Origin: Novakomyces olei
Taxonomy: Eukaryota
Reading direction: 5' to 3'
NCBI GenBank assembly: GCA_016906335.1
Contig: JADEYG010000001.1
Coordinates: 558,001-622,000, forward strand
DNA: 64,000 nt
Program-made: the position numbers and the translations under genes
The notes under the pieces: model-generated
Told to the model about the DNA's origin: nothing
The model's input: the letters and a program-made list of their open reading frames with translations, nothing else
Databases searched by the model: none
In this document: positions 49,497-62,929 of the stretch, in pieces
Numbering within the stretch: position 1 is the stretch's first letter
Layout: each line of letters begins with the position of its first letter

Positions 49497-51137
49497 TCAC
49501 ATTATTGCTGTGCGCGAGCCCGCTGTAAATATCCAGTAATAGAGAATAGCAAACTGAACCGCCGCGAGTAAAACCAAAACCCCCAGAATCTGAGGCGCCT
49601 TCTGTAGCGCAAACTTCAAGACCAGTGGAACCGGAGTATAAGTCGTCTGGACTTTGTCTGCAACAGCTTCGATGATAGCCTTTCGCTCGTTTGCCAATCG
49701 AATCTGTATTTCTCGCTCAAGCCCACTTTCAAACAGATTGAAGTTATCGGAAAGCCCTGACTCGTGGATAATGCGCTCCATAAGCTCCTTAAAAGACGAA
49801 TATTGACGATAAATTTGCTCCTGGTACTTATCATCAAAGGTAGAAAGTAATGCCTGATTATTTGCTTTACTGTCTGTCTCTTGCAAAGGCAAAGTTCCCC
49901 TTGCACCTTTTTCTCCAGATGCCTTATGGGTATTCAGTGATTGAGACTTAGTGTCAAGAGTTTGCATTTCAATGCGCGTGGGTGTCTGCGATACCCAGGC
50001 GCCTGGAACCGACGCGACAAATGTTCGCTCCGTACTTTCTGTGCGGCTTGGCTTTTTGTCTGAGTTCAATACTTTATTCTTGGAGCCCTTTTCTTTCTCT
50101 GTACTGTTTATCTGTGTGCGCTCCGTATTTGCCGCATTGCCTGTTGTCCCTTTATTTTCAATCAAAGTCTTGGCAGCTCCAGAGTCTGTCTCAAATTTTG
50201 TCTTGTCTGGGCTCTTTCGTGGTTTCACAGGACTCCTTTTGGTTCGGTCAGGGCTCGCCCGCAGATCTGTAACATTTTCGAAATTTGCGACTCTTTCAAC
50301 CGCCTTTCCCATTTCCATAAACTGACCCGTTCTTGCTGACTGTGTGCCTCTGCTATTCTCAATTGACGGTGCCCAACTGCCGACTGGTGGGTGACAGTTC
50401 TCCTGTTTCGCAGTGTACTGCTTCTTTGCTCCGTTTTCTGATCGCTGGTCCATTGCCAAATAGCTCAAGTTGTTCCCAGACTTAAAAGAGCCTGCTTTAT
50501 CACTGCCAGCCGGTCTGCTTTTAGCCCGTTCCAATGTCTGATCAAGCCTTCTTACTGGATCACCTGAAATATTGCCATTAGTTTCACCCCTTTCTGCCGC
50601 ATTATTCCCCCTCTCAAACCTCAGCTCATATTCGCTGTTCAAGGGCGAGGAAGCGTTACTAGTAAACGATATATTGCGACTAAGACGTTGCAGCATTCGG
50701 TGAGGACTATCCCCCCGGCTATAATCGTGCAAGCTTCGACGTGAGCTCGATTTCCTCTGCAATGGAGAGGTATTGTCCGACATATCCGAATCAGTTTCTT
50801 CGCCTTCTTCTCCTTCTTCTCCTTCTTCTTCTTCTTCATTTCCATTTTCTCCGTCTTCTCCATTTCTGTCTTTTTTTGCCTGCTCCAGCCGTGAATTTTG
50901 AGCTGACGATGCGAGGATCGGTGAGACTGCAGCATCAAACGGCACTCTGCCCTCGATTCCTGTCTCGAGCCCACTTGACTCAAACCTGTCTTCAATGGAT
51001 TGATCATTAATTGTATCGCGTTCGTGATCTAATGCTCTCTCAGGCGACGCCATTTCACGTTCAGCCGGGGCGCGCGCCCGCTGAAAGCGACCGTATGGTC
51101 GAGTAGTAAATCCGGGACTTGTTGTCGGCTCAAACAT
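49497..51137 (-). CDS. Uncharacterised, largely disordered protein with a C-terminal transmembrane anchor
   Basis: 546-aa ORF, S/E/K-rich, ending ILGVLVLLAAVQFAILYYWIF. No family recognised. Confidence 0.7.
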   Translation of the reverse strand: MFEPTTSPGFTTRPYGRFQRARAPAEREMASPERALDHERDTINDQSIEDRFESSGLETGIEGRVPFDAAVSPILASSAQNSRLEQAKKDRNGEDGENGNEEEEEGEEGEEGEETDSDMSDNTSPLQRKSSSRRSLHDYSRGDSPHRMLQRLSRNISFTSNASSPLNSEYELRFERGNNAAERGETNGNISGDPVRRLDQTLERAKSRPAGSDKAGSFKSGNNLSYLAMDQRSENGAKKQYTAKQENCHPPVGSWAPSIENSRGTQSARTGQFMEMGKAVERVANFENVTDLRASPDRTKRSPVKPRKSPDKTKFETDSGAAKTLIENKGTTGNAANTERTQINSTEKEKGSKNKVLNSDKKPSRTESTERTFVASVPGAWVSQTPTRIEMQTLDTKSQSLNTHKASGEKGARGTLPLQETDSKANNQALLSTFDDKYQEQIYRQYSSFKELMERIIHESGLSDNFNLFESGLEREIQIRLANERKAIIEAVADKVQTTYTPVPLVLKFALQKAPQILGVLVLLAAVQFAILYYWIFTAGSRTAIM

Positions 51138-51590
51138 TTGCAGGAATTAATATGTACGATTATTCAAAGCTCACTGTGCATCGAATTGGCGAAAATTTTA
51201 GGTCTGGTATTCATCATTTAGACCTTTGTGGACAGAAAAGCATTCGTTTGAGCGCCAATACGCGTCGAGTCAACAGGCAAGCGATCGAATCTTGCCAATT
51301 AATTAATAAACAAATAAATTAGTAAATAAACTAATTAATTAATTAATAAATTATATACATTGATTTCCCACTGGACAAAAGATCCAATAAATCATGAAAT
51401 ACACAACTATAATATTATTACCAATGAAAAGTAGAAGTCGCCATAATTTTCTTACGTGCCACATTACATAGAGGCGCAATATAATAGCTTGCTCAAGCTT
51501 ACCTCATACATAATATTCGCGAGACAAATTTAGCATAATAATACAATCTTGCAGAGTCTGAAAAAAAGACTCTGCCATCAAGCTTACGCG

Positions 51591-52364
51591 ATGGCTTCAA
51601 CTGCAAATGGGAAAAGCGGCGGTGTCGGCGCAGCGTCGTTTAATGACAAAGAAAAGCCGCAAGAAGTTCGATTCAGTAATATTACGGCAGCCCGCAGGTA
51701 GATTGTTATTGGTTTAATATCCTTGTATCCTTTGCTAATGAGAAAGCGTGGCCGATGCTATTCGGACTTCTCTTGGGCCTAAGGGAATGGACAAGATGAT
51801 CCAGACTGGCAAGGGCGAAGTCATTCTCACAAATGACGGTGCCACTATTCTAAAGCATCTCTCAGTGATGCATCCTGCCGCAAAAATGGTGAGTTTCTGC
51901 TTTCAATAGAGCCGTATAACTATCCTCAGGTTCTATCCCTTCAGTTTTTATCCTTCAATTTTTATTTCTTCAATTCTTATCCCCAATTTTCGCCTATATC
52001 TAACTTTACAGCTGGTAGATTTGTCTGCGGCTCAGGATGTGGAGGCGGGAGACGGCACTACTTCGGTCGTAGTTCTGGCCGGAAGTTTGCTGGCTGCGTC
52101 TGAAAAGCTGCTGGAGATGGGTATTCATCCTACTGTGATTGCAGAGGCTTTCCAGCGTGCGGCCGACGTGGGAGTCAAGGCACTAAAGGCCAACGCGACT
52201 CCTGTTGAACTTACAGATCGCAAAGCATTACTCCGTGCAGCTAGCACTTCTCTTAGCTCAAAGGTGCGTTTCAAAATTATGTTTTAATATAGATGTTAAA
52301 AGCTTTATGTTTGCCATTTCTTGTCAAGAACTAACATTGTTTTCCTTTCTATTTGTTTGTTTTT

Positions 52365-52395
<31 letters not shown>

Positions 52396-53735
52396 TTGTG
52401 AAATTCCATCTTGCTAAAATATGTAATTACAGATCGTTTCGCAATACTCTTCGCTATTGGCTCCGATCGCAGTGGACGCGGTGCTTAATATAATTAAGCC
52501 CGATAGTGATAACGTTGATTTGAAAGACATTCGCATTGTGAAGAAAGTCGGAGGTACTATTGACGATACGGAGCTCTCAGATGGTGTCATTCTGACACAG
52601 AATGCAATCAAATCGGCCGGTGGACCAACGCGGGTGGAAAAAGCTAAAATTGCTCTATTGCAATTCCAACTGTCCCCCCCAAAGCCTGATGTAAGTCGTG
52701 AAATAATTATGATTATAATATAGCAAGACATCAAATTTGAATACGAAATTTGTCGTCTCGAAATTCGGTCCTTTTTATTGAAAAATTAAATCTTTTTAAT
52801 TTTATTTTTTTTTTTTAGCTTAATTTTATTCAATTCTAATTTCATTTTTATCTTTCTTTAGCTGTATCTTTTCAAAACTTGCTTACCACAATTAGATGGA
52901 AAATCAAATCGTGGTCAACGACTACCAACAAATGGACAAGATTCTGAAAGAAGAGCGGCAATATCTGCTCAATATGGTCAAGAAGATCAAGAAAGCTGGA
53001 GCTAATGTGCTTCTTATCCAAAAATCTATACTTCGTGACGCTGTTAATGAACTTTCACTCCACTTTTTAGCTAAACTCAAAATCTTGGCAATCAAAGACA
53101 TTGAACGTGATGAAGTTGAGTTTATATGCAAATCTGTGGGTTGCAAACCGATCGCTGACATTGAATCCTTTACAGAGGATAAGCTTGGATATGCCGATGT
53201 GGTTGAGGAAGTTGGTTCCGCAGGAGCTCACTATGTAAAAATCAGTGGTATAAAATCCGAAGCAAAGACTGTTTCCATCCTCTGCCGAGGTGCAAACAAT
53301 TTGGTTCTGGAGGAAAGTGAAAGATCCCTGCATGACGCGCTCTGTGTAATTCGCTGCCTTGTAAAAGAGCGAGCAATGATTGTTGGAGGAGGAGCTCCAG
53401 AGATTTCTGCTTCTCAGGCACTAGCCCGCCATGCACGTACTTTATCGGGGACGGAAAGTATCTGCTTTCAGGCTTTTGCCGAGGCACTGGAGGTCATTCC
53501 GTCGACTCTGGCAGAAAATGCCGGTTTAAATAGTATTAAAGTAGTTACAGAATTACGCAGTCGGCACGAACGGGGGGAAAAAACGTGTGGTATAAATGTT
53601 CGCAAGGGAACAGTGAGCAACATACTCGATGAGAACGTTATTCAGCCTTTGCTTGTGAGTGTTTCTGCTATGCAGCTCGCAGCAGAGACGGTCAAGATGA
53701 TTCTTAAAGTTGACGATATTACATTTAGTCGATAG
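51591..53735 (+). CDS. CCT4: Chaperonin CCT subunit delta
   Basis: [34 protein letters not shown] and [12 protein letters not shown]. Four introns. Confidence 0.97.
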
Positions 53736-54032
53736 ATTAATCTATTTTTTGCCTACAGCAGTTTGTATTAGATTTCACTCTAAACACCAAGTTTGCCGTG
53801 TGTGGTAGGGTAGAATGTCTTGGTGCCGTAGTACTTTATTATTATTTATTTATCATTACTTATTGGCTATTGATTATTCGATTCCCTATTCTTTTGAACA
53901 CTGACGTGTAGACCATCAATTAAGCAGGCTAGCAATGCAAATGCATAATAACAAAGACATCTTTATAAAGAAAAAAAAAGAAAGGCATTAAACCCTCTAG
54001 AATACAGAGACTTGGAGGCACAGCCCAGAGCT

Positions 54033-57000
54033 TTATGCTCCCCTGGCAAACCGATTCTGCCAGACTTCGCCGATTGCGCCCATAACCGCATCAGCAGCTT
54101 TACCAAGAAGCATCGAGGACGAAGAAGGACTCGACTGTGCATCGGCAGCTGGTGCTTTATTTTCATGAGGCAAAGAGCCGTGTCCCGGCCTGTCGAATCG
54201 TACTTCAGTGTCGCCTCCATCATCATCAGAATAATAAGCATGGCTGATGGGCAGTTTAGGCGCAGATTGCGAGTGCCTGCTCTGTGCAGCCTGACCCACA
54301 GAGGCAGACGAGGCAGCAGCAGCAAACAAGTTGTTTGTAGAGGGCCTTCTTACACTCTCTGCCGATCTCAAATAGTCCATATCAATATGAGAATGGGCTT
54401 CGTGAGCATTCGCTCGTGGATTTTGGCCTGCAAGCGAACGCTGATTGGCACTGTATCCTCCTCCGTCTCCGTCTCCGTCATAATCCTCTTCGTCGTCATC
54501 GTCGTTGGGGTAAAAGTAGCTCTTGTCGCCAGATCCTTCGTCATACTGCCGATCAGAATCGTTGTCGGAATCAAGAAAGTGTGAAGCCGTCTCTGTTGCC
54601 TGATCGTCTAGCGAAGAGCTCGGCCCTCGGCCATAAACTGCTCTCTCGTTCTTTGAATGATCATAGTACTTTATAGACCGGCTGGGCGAGTAGGCTGTAC
54701 TACCTGCTCCGCTTTGTCTCGCGTTTCTTTCGTCTTCCTCTTCCTCGTCCTCGTCCTCATCCTCGTCCTCGTCTCCTTCTTCTTCTTCCTCTGGCTCTTC
54801 TTCCGCAGGGTAGCCTCCACTGAACTCATCGTACCCGCTATAGTCGTCATTGTACCCGCCACTGAAATCCACATCCTCAATCAGGGGGCCTTCTTCTTTC
54901 AACGTTGTATTTGGCAAAGCCGCCACCATTTCCAAGTGGCGTTGGGAGCCAGCGTCTGATTGATTGCTGTACGAAGGCAAATTAGAGGCTATACTACTAG
55001 TCGCTGAATCTCGGCGCAGTCTGGCCTCAAATGACAGAGAAGTATCGTCTTCCTCGTCGTCATCGTCATCGTAAAAGCCCGCTCGCGGCTCATACTCGTA
55101 CTGCGCTGAAGACGCTTCGTCAGACTGGCCTATTGCCGGAGGGGAATCAATATCGTCATTGTCGTAACCGTAATTGTCTCCAAAATAAGATGTTTCACCT
55201 ATTGTTAGAAAAATCAATCAATGAAAAACATAATAGTGAATAATAATCAACACAATAAATAATGAACAATAATTGAAAATTAATTATATCATTGAACCAT
55301 TAATCATTTCAGTCCAATTCCCATTCAGTTTTATAATTAATTACAACTGAAGAGAAACAGGAATTGTATGAAATGACAAGGGAATAGAATAAAGCACATA
55401 GCTGAAACTGATTAAACAGCTATTTAATTCCATCATTTTTATATATTCTTTCCCTTTACTTTATCAAATACTTACCCATTCGACTCTCTGCCCGGGGTGT
55501 ATCCAGAGCAATGCATTGCTGAACTGTATCGTTAAAATGTATGCGGCGACGGTTCGACGTTGTAGAGCTCTCAGTAACGTGAGAAGGATCCGATGCAATC
55601 GAGTTCAGACTCACTTCACTGAAATCTGATTGCCCTAAAGACCGATTAAGCTTTGATGCAGCCTCAGACCGACTTTTTGCACTGTTCAATCCCGAGCTAT
55701 CGCTGTCCGACTGCTCTTGGCCAAGCTTGTCTGTATCATAAGAGTCCCTTCTGGATGGAAGGTGAGATTTGGCAGCGAGCAGCATTACTTCTGATGCAGT
55801 ACGCTTCTTTAGTATGGGCTTATATGGCTGATCAGCAGTAGCTGATTGAGTGCCTTTGCCAGCGATTGAAGAGTCAGAGCTCATACGGCTCGAAGATTGT
55901 GAACTAGGTGCAATCAAGGGCTGTTCACTGGCTCTTGTAGTCGTATGTAAAGGCCCATAGAGCCAGGTAACATCACAATCCTTGAGCCAGTTTAGACTGC
56001 GAGGAGATATTGTACGTAAATTACCACGAGATTTAGCCCACGTCCGCCAACTAGCGTTCTCCAATCGATGGGAGTTATCCAGCATTTCCTGCTGGCCTGT
56101 AGCGTTTCGAAATTGAGCATTTTCATTACGGTTTTTCTCCTTTGTTACACGACTCCAACTGGCCCATATGTCTTTCTCGTCCCATCTGTGTGACAAATAG
56201 TCAACGTGCAGGTTAGCACTGGCCCGCAAATCACTGTCATCGCTGGTTGCTGGGTTCCTTGATTTAAAGAGAAGAGCCAAATCCTCCGTTGAAGCCGTCG
56301 ACAAGTCCAGCCCGGACCGTTTCGCATCCGAAATTAGTTCATCATGTGCCTTTTTGTCATTTTGCAGAGCTGATATAGCCTCGTCTTTAATAGCTGAAGC
56401 GGAGGCCTGTTGAGAAGGAGCTGAAAGTGATGCCTTGTCCCCCGCAACAGAGTGGCCCTGGCTCGTTCGTTGGGTTTGCGAGTCCCTGTGAGATACCTTT
56501 TCCGCCTGATCGTACTGCGGGAATAAAACTGTGCTCGAATCTTCGTCGTCACCGTCGTCACGTTTATATTGAACGGCTCCATTATTTTGCAATTTATCCT
56601 CCCTTTCCTCTGCTGCCCTTCCTCCTCTACTGCTTACTGCCGACGGCAAAAGACGGCGAGAATGTTCGGGAGAACCCGGAGCACTTGGCGATTCCGGGAG
56701 GCCGGCAGCGATACTCGAGGCAGGAGGCAGATTTTCGGGCGGCAGTTTCAGGTACAGAGTCTCTTCAGCTGAGGGTTGGTACCCTGTGGGCTTTACATAC
56801 GAATCAGAATCGCTCAGTCGGCGAACCAGTCTCGAAGGCCGCTGAGGTCGACGAGCTGATGTTTCCAGCAGAGCATTCTGATCAGTACTATCAGACGGAG
56901 CTGAACTGCCGCCTAAATCGCTCCGCCGCTCCGCCGCTCCTCCGCTCCCAAGTGCTATATCACTACTGCCGTCTCCACTATCGGGTTTATTATTCAAATC

Positions 57001-57150
57001 TTGCTGAGCAAGACCGGCCGCTTTCCCTTCAGACTGATCTCCCCCATCATCCTTCTCCTCATCACCAGCCTGCCAGCCGCTCGGTAAGGGGTTTCCGCTG
57101 CCGTGCAAACGGTACGCTCCTGGCGTCGTTTGCTGCTCGGCTAAAGCCAT
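54033..57150 (-). CDS. REG1: Glc7/PP1 regulatory subunit Reg1-like (DUF1752)
   Basis: HVDYLSHRW..DIWASW, RLENASWRTWAK, LNWLKDCDVTWLYGP and the PP1-binding RRIHF..VQQCIA. One intron about 55199-55476. Confidence 0.82.
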
Positions 57151-58759
57151 TTGCGCACAAGCGCCCGACAGATCAGGCGCTCAGGAAAAGAAGAAAAGAG
57201 GAAACGCAACGGGACCCGGTGTCCTTTATGGAAGCGAAAATTTATACGGACCAGCAAAAGGCAGAGTCAAGTCTCCAAGGCGGCTTTGCCAATTTAAATT
57301 GCTGCTTTGCCAACACGCGGTCGAGTTTGTATGGTCTTTCTTGAGTAAAGCAATGGAAACTTGTCCCCGTCGCGAAGCAGGCAGGTTGCTTGTCGATGGA
57401 ACGGAGATACGCGATCAAGATTGCTAGTCTGCCCACGTTCCGTGCCTGATAAAATGCAGAAACGATGCGAAAATGGTTCTGCGCGTGCTTCAGATTGGTG
57501 GTTTATACGCTGCCCATACTGCTTTCTTTTGTATCGCGCTATAACACTAATACCAAGACATTTTGCAATCGGGTTTCAATTGTTTCTTTTATCTTTTTAT
57601 ACTTCTTACATTTCTAATCTTTTTACCTTATTTTTGTTTCATCTTTTTTCTTTTACATTTTTCTTTTACCTTTATTTTTCTTTATATTCCTATTATATCG
57701 CTTAATTATTCACCAATTATTCATAATACAGTGCTAATATACTCGAGTGTAATCCTTCCGTTCATATTTCATATCTGGTTTTATACGTAGATTTATCACT
57801 GGATTAGTTTTGCCTAACTTTTATCGCAGTATAAAAGCAGTGTATAAGGCCACACAGTATGATTACGCAGGGGCTTTGTGTTACTCAAGGCCATAAAGGC
57901 GAATAAGACTGTACAATAAACGTGGCGCTCGCCATAGTTCTAGCCCAGCGGTTAAACGGTCCAGACGCGAAATTTGTGCATGTTTAGATTTAATGTTTAT
58001 TTAGTATTTAGGTACAAATTTGACACGTGATTTTTTGCGTGTAATGGCTACACAACCGTTTATTTCATGACGGCTTCGGCTTCGACCCGTGTGCGCGTGT
58101 ATTGGTTTGTCTGTGCACGTACAAGGGCGCAACTACAAGTTTACTTCTTCAACAGTTTCGGAATTTTCATTACAATTTTAATTTGGAGCGTTCGTCTGAT
58201 TGATAAATGGGCCGCTTATTTGACTTATCAATGGCAAAAATAAGCATAAACTCGCGATTAAATCTGCGAATTTGCGGGGGATCGGAATAAAAGCCAAAAG
58301 TGGTCGACTTGAGAAGCCCTCTATTTTGCCTATTCGTCTTTTTCGAGGTCGTAGCAGCTTTCTAATGTTAAAGTAATTCCCTTGTGAAAATAGCCAAGCA
58401 ATGCTCGAATCATGTAGCGACCAGCCACCGGACCGATGCAATGCAATTGTAATGGAACTAGTAGTGCTATAATTGTAGACGATCAAGTATTAGCGCCAAC
58501 GGCAAGCAAAGAGAGGGACAATAGCATAGTTGGTTTATTTGGGCATTGAACACGCGTTGTAATAAGCGCATGGGAAATCGGAAGCGTACATTTATTGAGC
58601 TTTTTTTCTAGTAATCAAGGGCTACTGTAAATGTATTAAATTTATTTCCTCTTAGATATACACCATATAATACTCCTATTTGTATAGGGCAAGAACGCTT
58701 GCTCAGCAAACCAATAAATCATTAAAAGCAAAAGGCATGCAGACTCCAGGCAAAACCAT

Positions 58760-60259
58760 CTACCACCCAAAACGTAGCGCGGAAGGATGAAACACGGGTG
58801 GCTGCCAATCCTCCAATCCGGCAGAATCAATTTGCCGCCGGCGTTTCCGTTTCATAGCCTCATACTGCCGCTCAATCGCGTCTGATACTACAATAACGTG
58901 CTGTCCCTTGTAGTACTTTAGCATGTTTAAGTTTTGCAATGTATGTAAAATATCCTGAGTGGTCATGCTCGTTTGATTGGCCAGTTCATCGATCGTCGTC
59001 TCCACAGAACGCGTCGCCAAAAGACTGATAATCTGCTCTGCCCAATAGGCACGATAAGACAGCAATCCCAAGTCTGATAAAGGTTTCTCTGGTGACCCCA
59101 ACTTGCCTTCCTTACGAGATAGTTCATATGAAAATTGAATCAAAGCTTTACCAAATCCATGGCGCTGGTATTGCGGCAGTGTAAGGATGCATGCTACATT
59201 GTAATTCTCAGCCGACTCTTTTTCCTTGGAAAAATAGCCCACCAAATGATACCCATACTCATCATGCGTACACATACAATAAAACAGGAATGGATCCACG
59301 TCGTAATACAGAGTTTTGTGGTCGAGAAACAGCTTTGATAGCAGACACAGATTTCGACACCACTCACGTTGTTTCCGGCCGTCAATTTCAAAAAAAGATA
59401 TATCGTCGTCCCTATAAATTTCGTTTCCAGGTGGATGCCGTAAAGTACATTTAGCCCGGTGTCTTTCAAAGCGTCGTTCGTCTCCAAAATATTCCAAGCA
59501 ATACTCACAAATGTAAACTACATCACAATCCGTCAACTCGACGGGGTACGGACTAAAATACCAAGGTTCGATCTCATACTGACCCATCTGGATCTTGTTT
59601 AGATTACGAATTCGGGCAACTTCATGAGGGTTTTGGGTCATAGAGCCCTGTGTTCGTAACTTTTCGATCTCAGTTTCCTTTGAAACGGGAGCAGGCTGCG
59701 TCTTTTGATCAATATCAAGAACTTCTTCCATGTTTCCGTCCTCGTTTTCATCGTCTTCTTCTTCTTCACCGTCGACCCCTCCTACTGCCTCTGTCTTGAC
59801 AAGCGCAACATCTTCTTCTTCTTCCTCATCTTCCGCACTGGCAGCTTTGCTGCGCCTGGCTTTTGTCTTTGTCGCTTTGGCCGGTGACTTTGTAGCTTTG
59901 CCGTCTTTCTTCGAGGAAGATTTACTCTTAGCTGCCGCCCCACTCGGAGGCTTACGCTTTTCCGGCTTTGGATATTCTATCTCACGCTCGTGATCTACAC
60001 GCGATATCGGTACCCATTCATCCAGACGCTAATAAGCATTCGTATTAGCAACGAGTACCATTTTGCTTGTATTTGATCTTACCTTGTTGAAATCTTGATA
60101 ATGCACGTATAATCGCGTTTCAGATCCGTTCTTGCCCAGTTTTATAGAAAGAACTTCGGCTTTACGCAGCTCGCCATCTTTAGTCAGCCAAAGTTTGCAC
60201 CCTGGAACTATAGATTCTCCGCGCGCTGGTGTCGGCGTGCGCGACGTTTCTGTGCTCAT
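58760..60259 (-). CDS. ESA1: NuA4 histone acetyltransferase Esa1 (MYST family)
   Basis: Chromo-barrel YVHYQDFNK|RLDEW; LFLDHKTLYYDVDPF and GSPEKPLSDLG. Intron about 60030-60082. Confidence 0.97.
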
Positions 60260-60279
60260 TGTGGTGGTTGGAGTTTGGT

Positions 60280-60416
60280 CATTTATATTTATATTTATAT
60301 ATATATTTATATATATATTTATATCTATATTTATATTTATATCTATATTTATATCTATATTTATATCTATATTTTTATATTATATTTTTATATATATCTC
60401 TATATTATATTTATAT
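60280..60416. repeat. (TATATT/TATATC)n AT-rich repeat
   Basis: Occupies about half of the ESA1/AAH1 divergent intergenic region. Confidence 0.85.
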
Positions 60417-60518
60417 CAATTTATTCATACTTCAACTGATAAGCCGTCCGTCAGGACCCACAAAGCAAAATTTATAATCTTTCTTTTTTTTGGTGGCTTT
60501 ATCTCATCATCGCGGCAC

Positions 60519-61742
60519 ATGTCGTCAGCTCGTGCGACACCTCAATTTCTCAAGGAATTGCCAAAGTACTACGATCGTTTTGATTTTTATATTTTCATTC
60601 AATTTATTCGGTCCATTACTCTTTCCTTTCTTTCATTAGCTAATCGCAGGTGCGAACATCATATCCATGTCGAAGGCAGTTTAAGCCCAAGTCTTCTATT
60701 CACTCTGGCCGAGCGCAATGGCATTTCTTTACCAAATGATATGCCTGGCTTTGAGTCACCCGAAGCTTTGGAAGAAAGGTATACACGATTCTCCGGGCTT
60801 GACGATTTTTTGGCCTATTACTTTGTAGGAATGTCGGTGCTATTACACACCGAAGATTTTGAGGATCTGGCCTGGCAATATTTGAAGCGCGCTCACTCGG
60901 ACGGAGTAAAACATGCAGAAATTTTTTTTGATCCTCAAGCCCATACAGATCGAGGAGTGCCTGTGCAAACTGTCATTGACGGTTTTGGCCGGGCTCTTGA
61001 TCGGGGCCGCTCAGAGTTAGGGTTAAGTTGCCATTTAATTATGTGCTTTTTAAGACATCTACCAGCATCTAACGCTGCCACTACACTGGCTTCAGCCTCA
61101 CAAGTCGAATCGTTTAAACAGCAGGTGAAGGGTGTCGGCCTTGATTCGTCAGAAGTGGACTTTCCACCAGAATTGTTCGCTCAGGTATTTGCTCAAGCAG
61201 AGGCACTGGGATTACGGAAAACTGCCCATGGCGGCGAAGAAGGCGATCATACTTTTGTAAGCGGAGCCTTGGATTATTTGGGAGTAGAAAGGGTCGACCA
61301 TGGAATACGCTCACGAGAAAACCCGGGTCTCATGTCGCGACTGGCTAAATCGCACACTCTATTAACCATCTGTCCTTTGAGTTCTGTACGATTGAGGTGC
61401 GTGAAAGCAGTCGCTGATTTGCCTATTCGCGAGTTTCTTGATGCAGGTATTCCTTTTTCAATTAACAGCGGTAAGTGTTTGTTGCATGCTATTTAAAACT
61501 GTCAATGTATTGTTTTTCTTTCTTTCATAAAATTCTTTTTTCTAATCATAGACGATCCTGCGTACTTTGGTGGCTATATTCTCGACAACTATTTGGCTGT
61601 GCAGAAAAGCTTCGGTTTGTCTATTGCCGACTGGGAACGGATCGCTCGAGGTTCAGTAGAGGGAAGTTGGATCGGTGACTCTCGCAAATCTCAGTTGAAT
61701 GAAGGTATTTCGCAAGTTATAGCCCGGTATTCGGGAGATTAG
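60519..61742 (+). CDS. AAH1: Adenine deaminase (adenosine deaminase family)
   Basis: LPK|CEHHIHVEGSL, EIFFDPQAHT, TAHGGEEG and FSINS|DDPAYFGGY. Introns 60566-60649 and about 61471-61551. Confidence 0.94.
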
Positions 61743-62116
61743 AGTATTCATGATATGTATTATAGAATATTGTGGGAAGTTTTCTGTTGTCGAGGCGACG
61801 AGCCTGTCAGAGATGTATAATTCTGAATTTACAATGTCCTCATGTGATGTCGGAAGCATTTACGTATTTTTTTAAATAATGCTTTTCTTGTAACTATTAT
61901 TAGTATAAAGACATAACTATCTTGCGACTCTTTACTGCTGCAATTGTGAGCCAATTTTTTGACCGCGGCACTCCCTGGGCTGGGAAAAAAAAGCCCTGTA
62001 TTGTTTGCAACCAATGATTTTCCCTATGCCGCAAGCTTCTGAGCTTTAAGCCTACTATGCTCTATTTCTAGATACAAAATTCTAGGATATTGAGATCCAA
62101 TAATGATAGAACGTAA

Positions 62117-62130
62117 ATTATTATTATTAC

Positions 62131-62169
<39 letters not shown>
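62117..62169. repeat. (TTA)n microsatellite
   Basis: About 17 units with one interruption. Confidence 0.92.
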
Positions 62170-62170
<1 letters not shown>

Positions 62171-62197
62171 CAGTATCTCACGCTGCTCTAGCATGTC

Positions 62198-62821
62198 ATG
62201 GACATTGATCCCAACTCCCTGATAGATCAAGCTCGCCGCGATGATTACAACACATTCGAGTTTATAAATTCTTTATTTCGTCCCGGAGACAGCTTAACTG
62301 TCTGCCATGAATCGGCCTCTAGCACCTTGACGTCGCTTGAAATTGCTAGTTCAACGGCTTTACAGCAGCTGGAAACATGTGTGGACGAACTTGCTCGAAT
62401 GAGTGGGCCTCGACTCGAGTACGAAGTCGATGTTTTGCAGGCTGAAGCCCAAAATTTATCAAGTTCAGTGGAAAAATTTTCATATGAGCAAAAGCATTCA
62501 CGTGTAGCGGAACATGAGGCTTACACTCGTTTAGCAAAATTAGAAACTCAGGCGGCTTTACTCGCACAAACGCAAAAAGTACTACGTGCTGCAAAGGAAT
62601 GGCCAACAAGCAATTTTGCTGTTGAACATGTGTCAGACCTTTTACGGGAGGGCAATGCTTCTCAGGCACAAGAGCAATTGAGCCTTTGGCAACAATTACT
62701 ACCCGTCTGGAAGGGCACTCCAGAATGGAAGGATAGAGTTCAAGCTTTAGAGGCGGCTCAGAAGAAGCTGGTAGAGCCGGTGAGTGTGAGAAGCAGTGTG
62801 GATGGACTAAGATTCAGATGA
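62198..62821 (+). CDS. Coiled-coil protein, possibly a short fungal COG7-like tethering subunit
   Basis: DYNTFEFINSLF and PRLEYEVDVLQAEA resemble N-termini of CATCHR/COG subunits. Family call is tentative. Confidence 0.5.
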   Translation: MDIDPNSLIDQARRDDYNTFEFINSLFRPGDSLTVCHESASSTLTSLEIASSTALQQLETCVDELARMSGPRLEYEVDVLQAEAQNLSSSVEKFSYEQKHSRVAEHEAYTRLAKLETQAALLAQTQKVLRAAKEWPTSNFAVEHVSDLLREGNASQAQEQLSLWQQLLPVWKGTPEWKDRVQALEAAQKKLVEPVSVRSSVDGLRFR

Positions 62822-62929
62822 GAAAGAGTATTTGCATTCATAATCTAAATCATTGCATTTTATTCTATTCATTAATGCTCGTTTTGTATTTATTATCCAG
62901 CTTCATGAGCAATTCTAGCTAAATATTTC

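Noticed and set aside
51717-51735. U12-donor-like ATATCCTT and GTATCCTTT in CCT4 intron 1
   Set aside because: They lie inside a normal GT-AG intron next to its branch site, not at an exon boundary.
56427-57344. 305-aa + strand ORF, and other long antisense ORFs (e.g. 54012-54584)
   Set aside because: They are antisense shadows of the REG1-like coding sequence with no recognisable motifs.
60132-60518. N-terminal extension of the AAH1 ORF
   Set aside because: It runs through the ESA1 antisense strand and an AT repeat; the likely start is ATG 60519.
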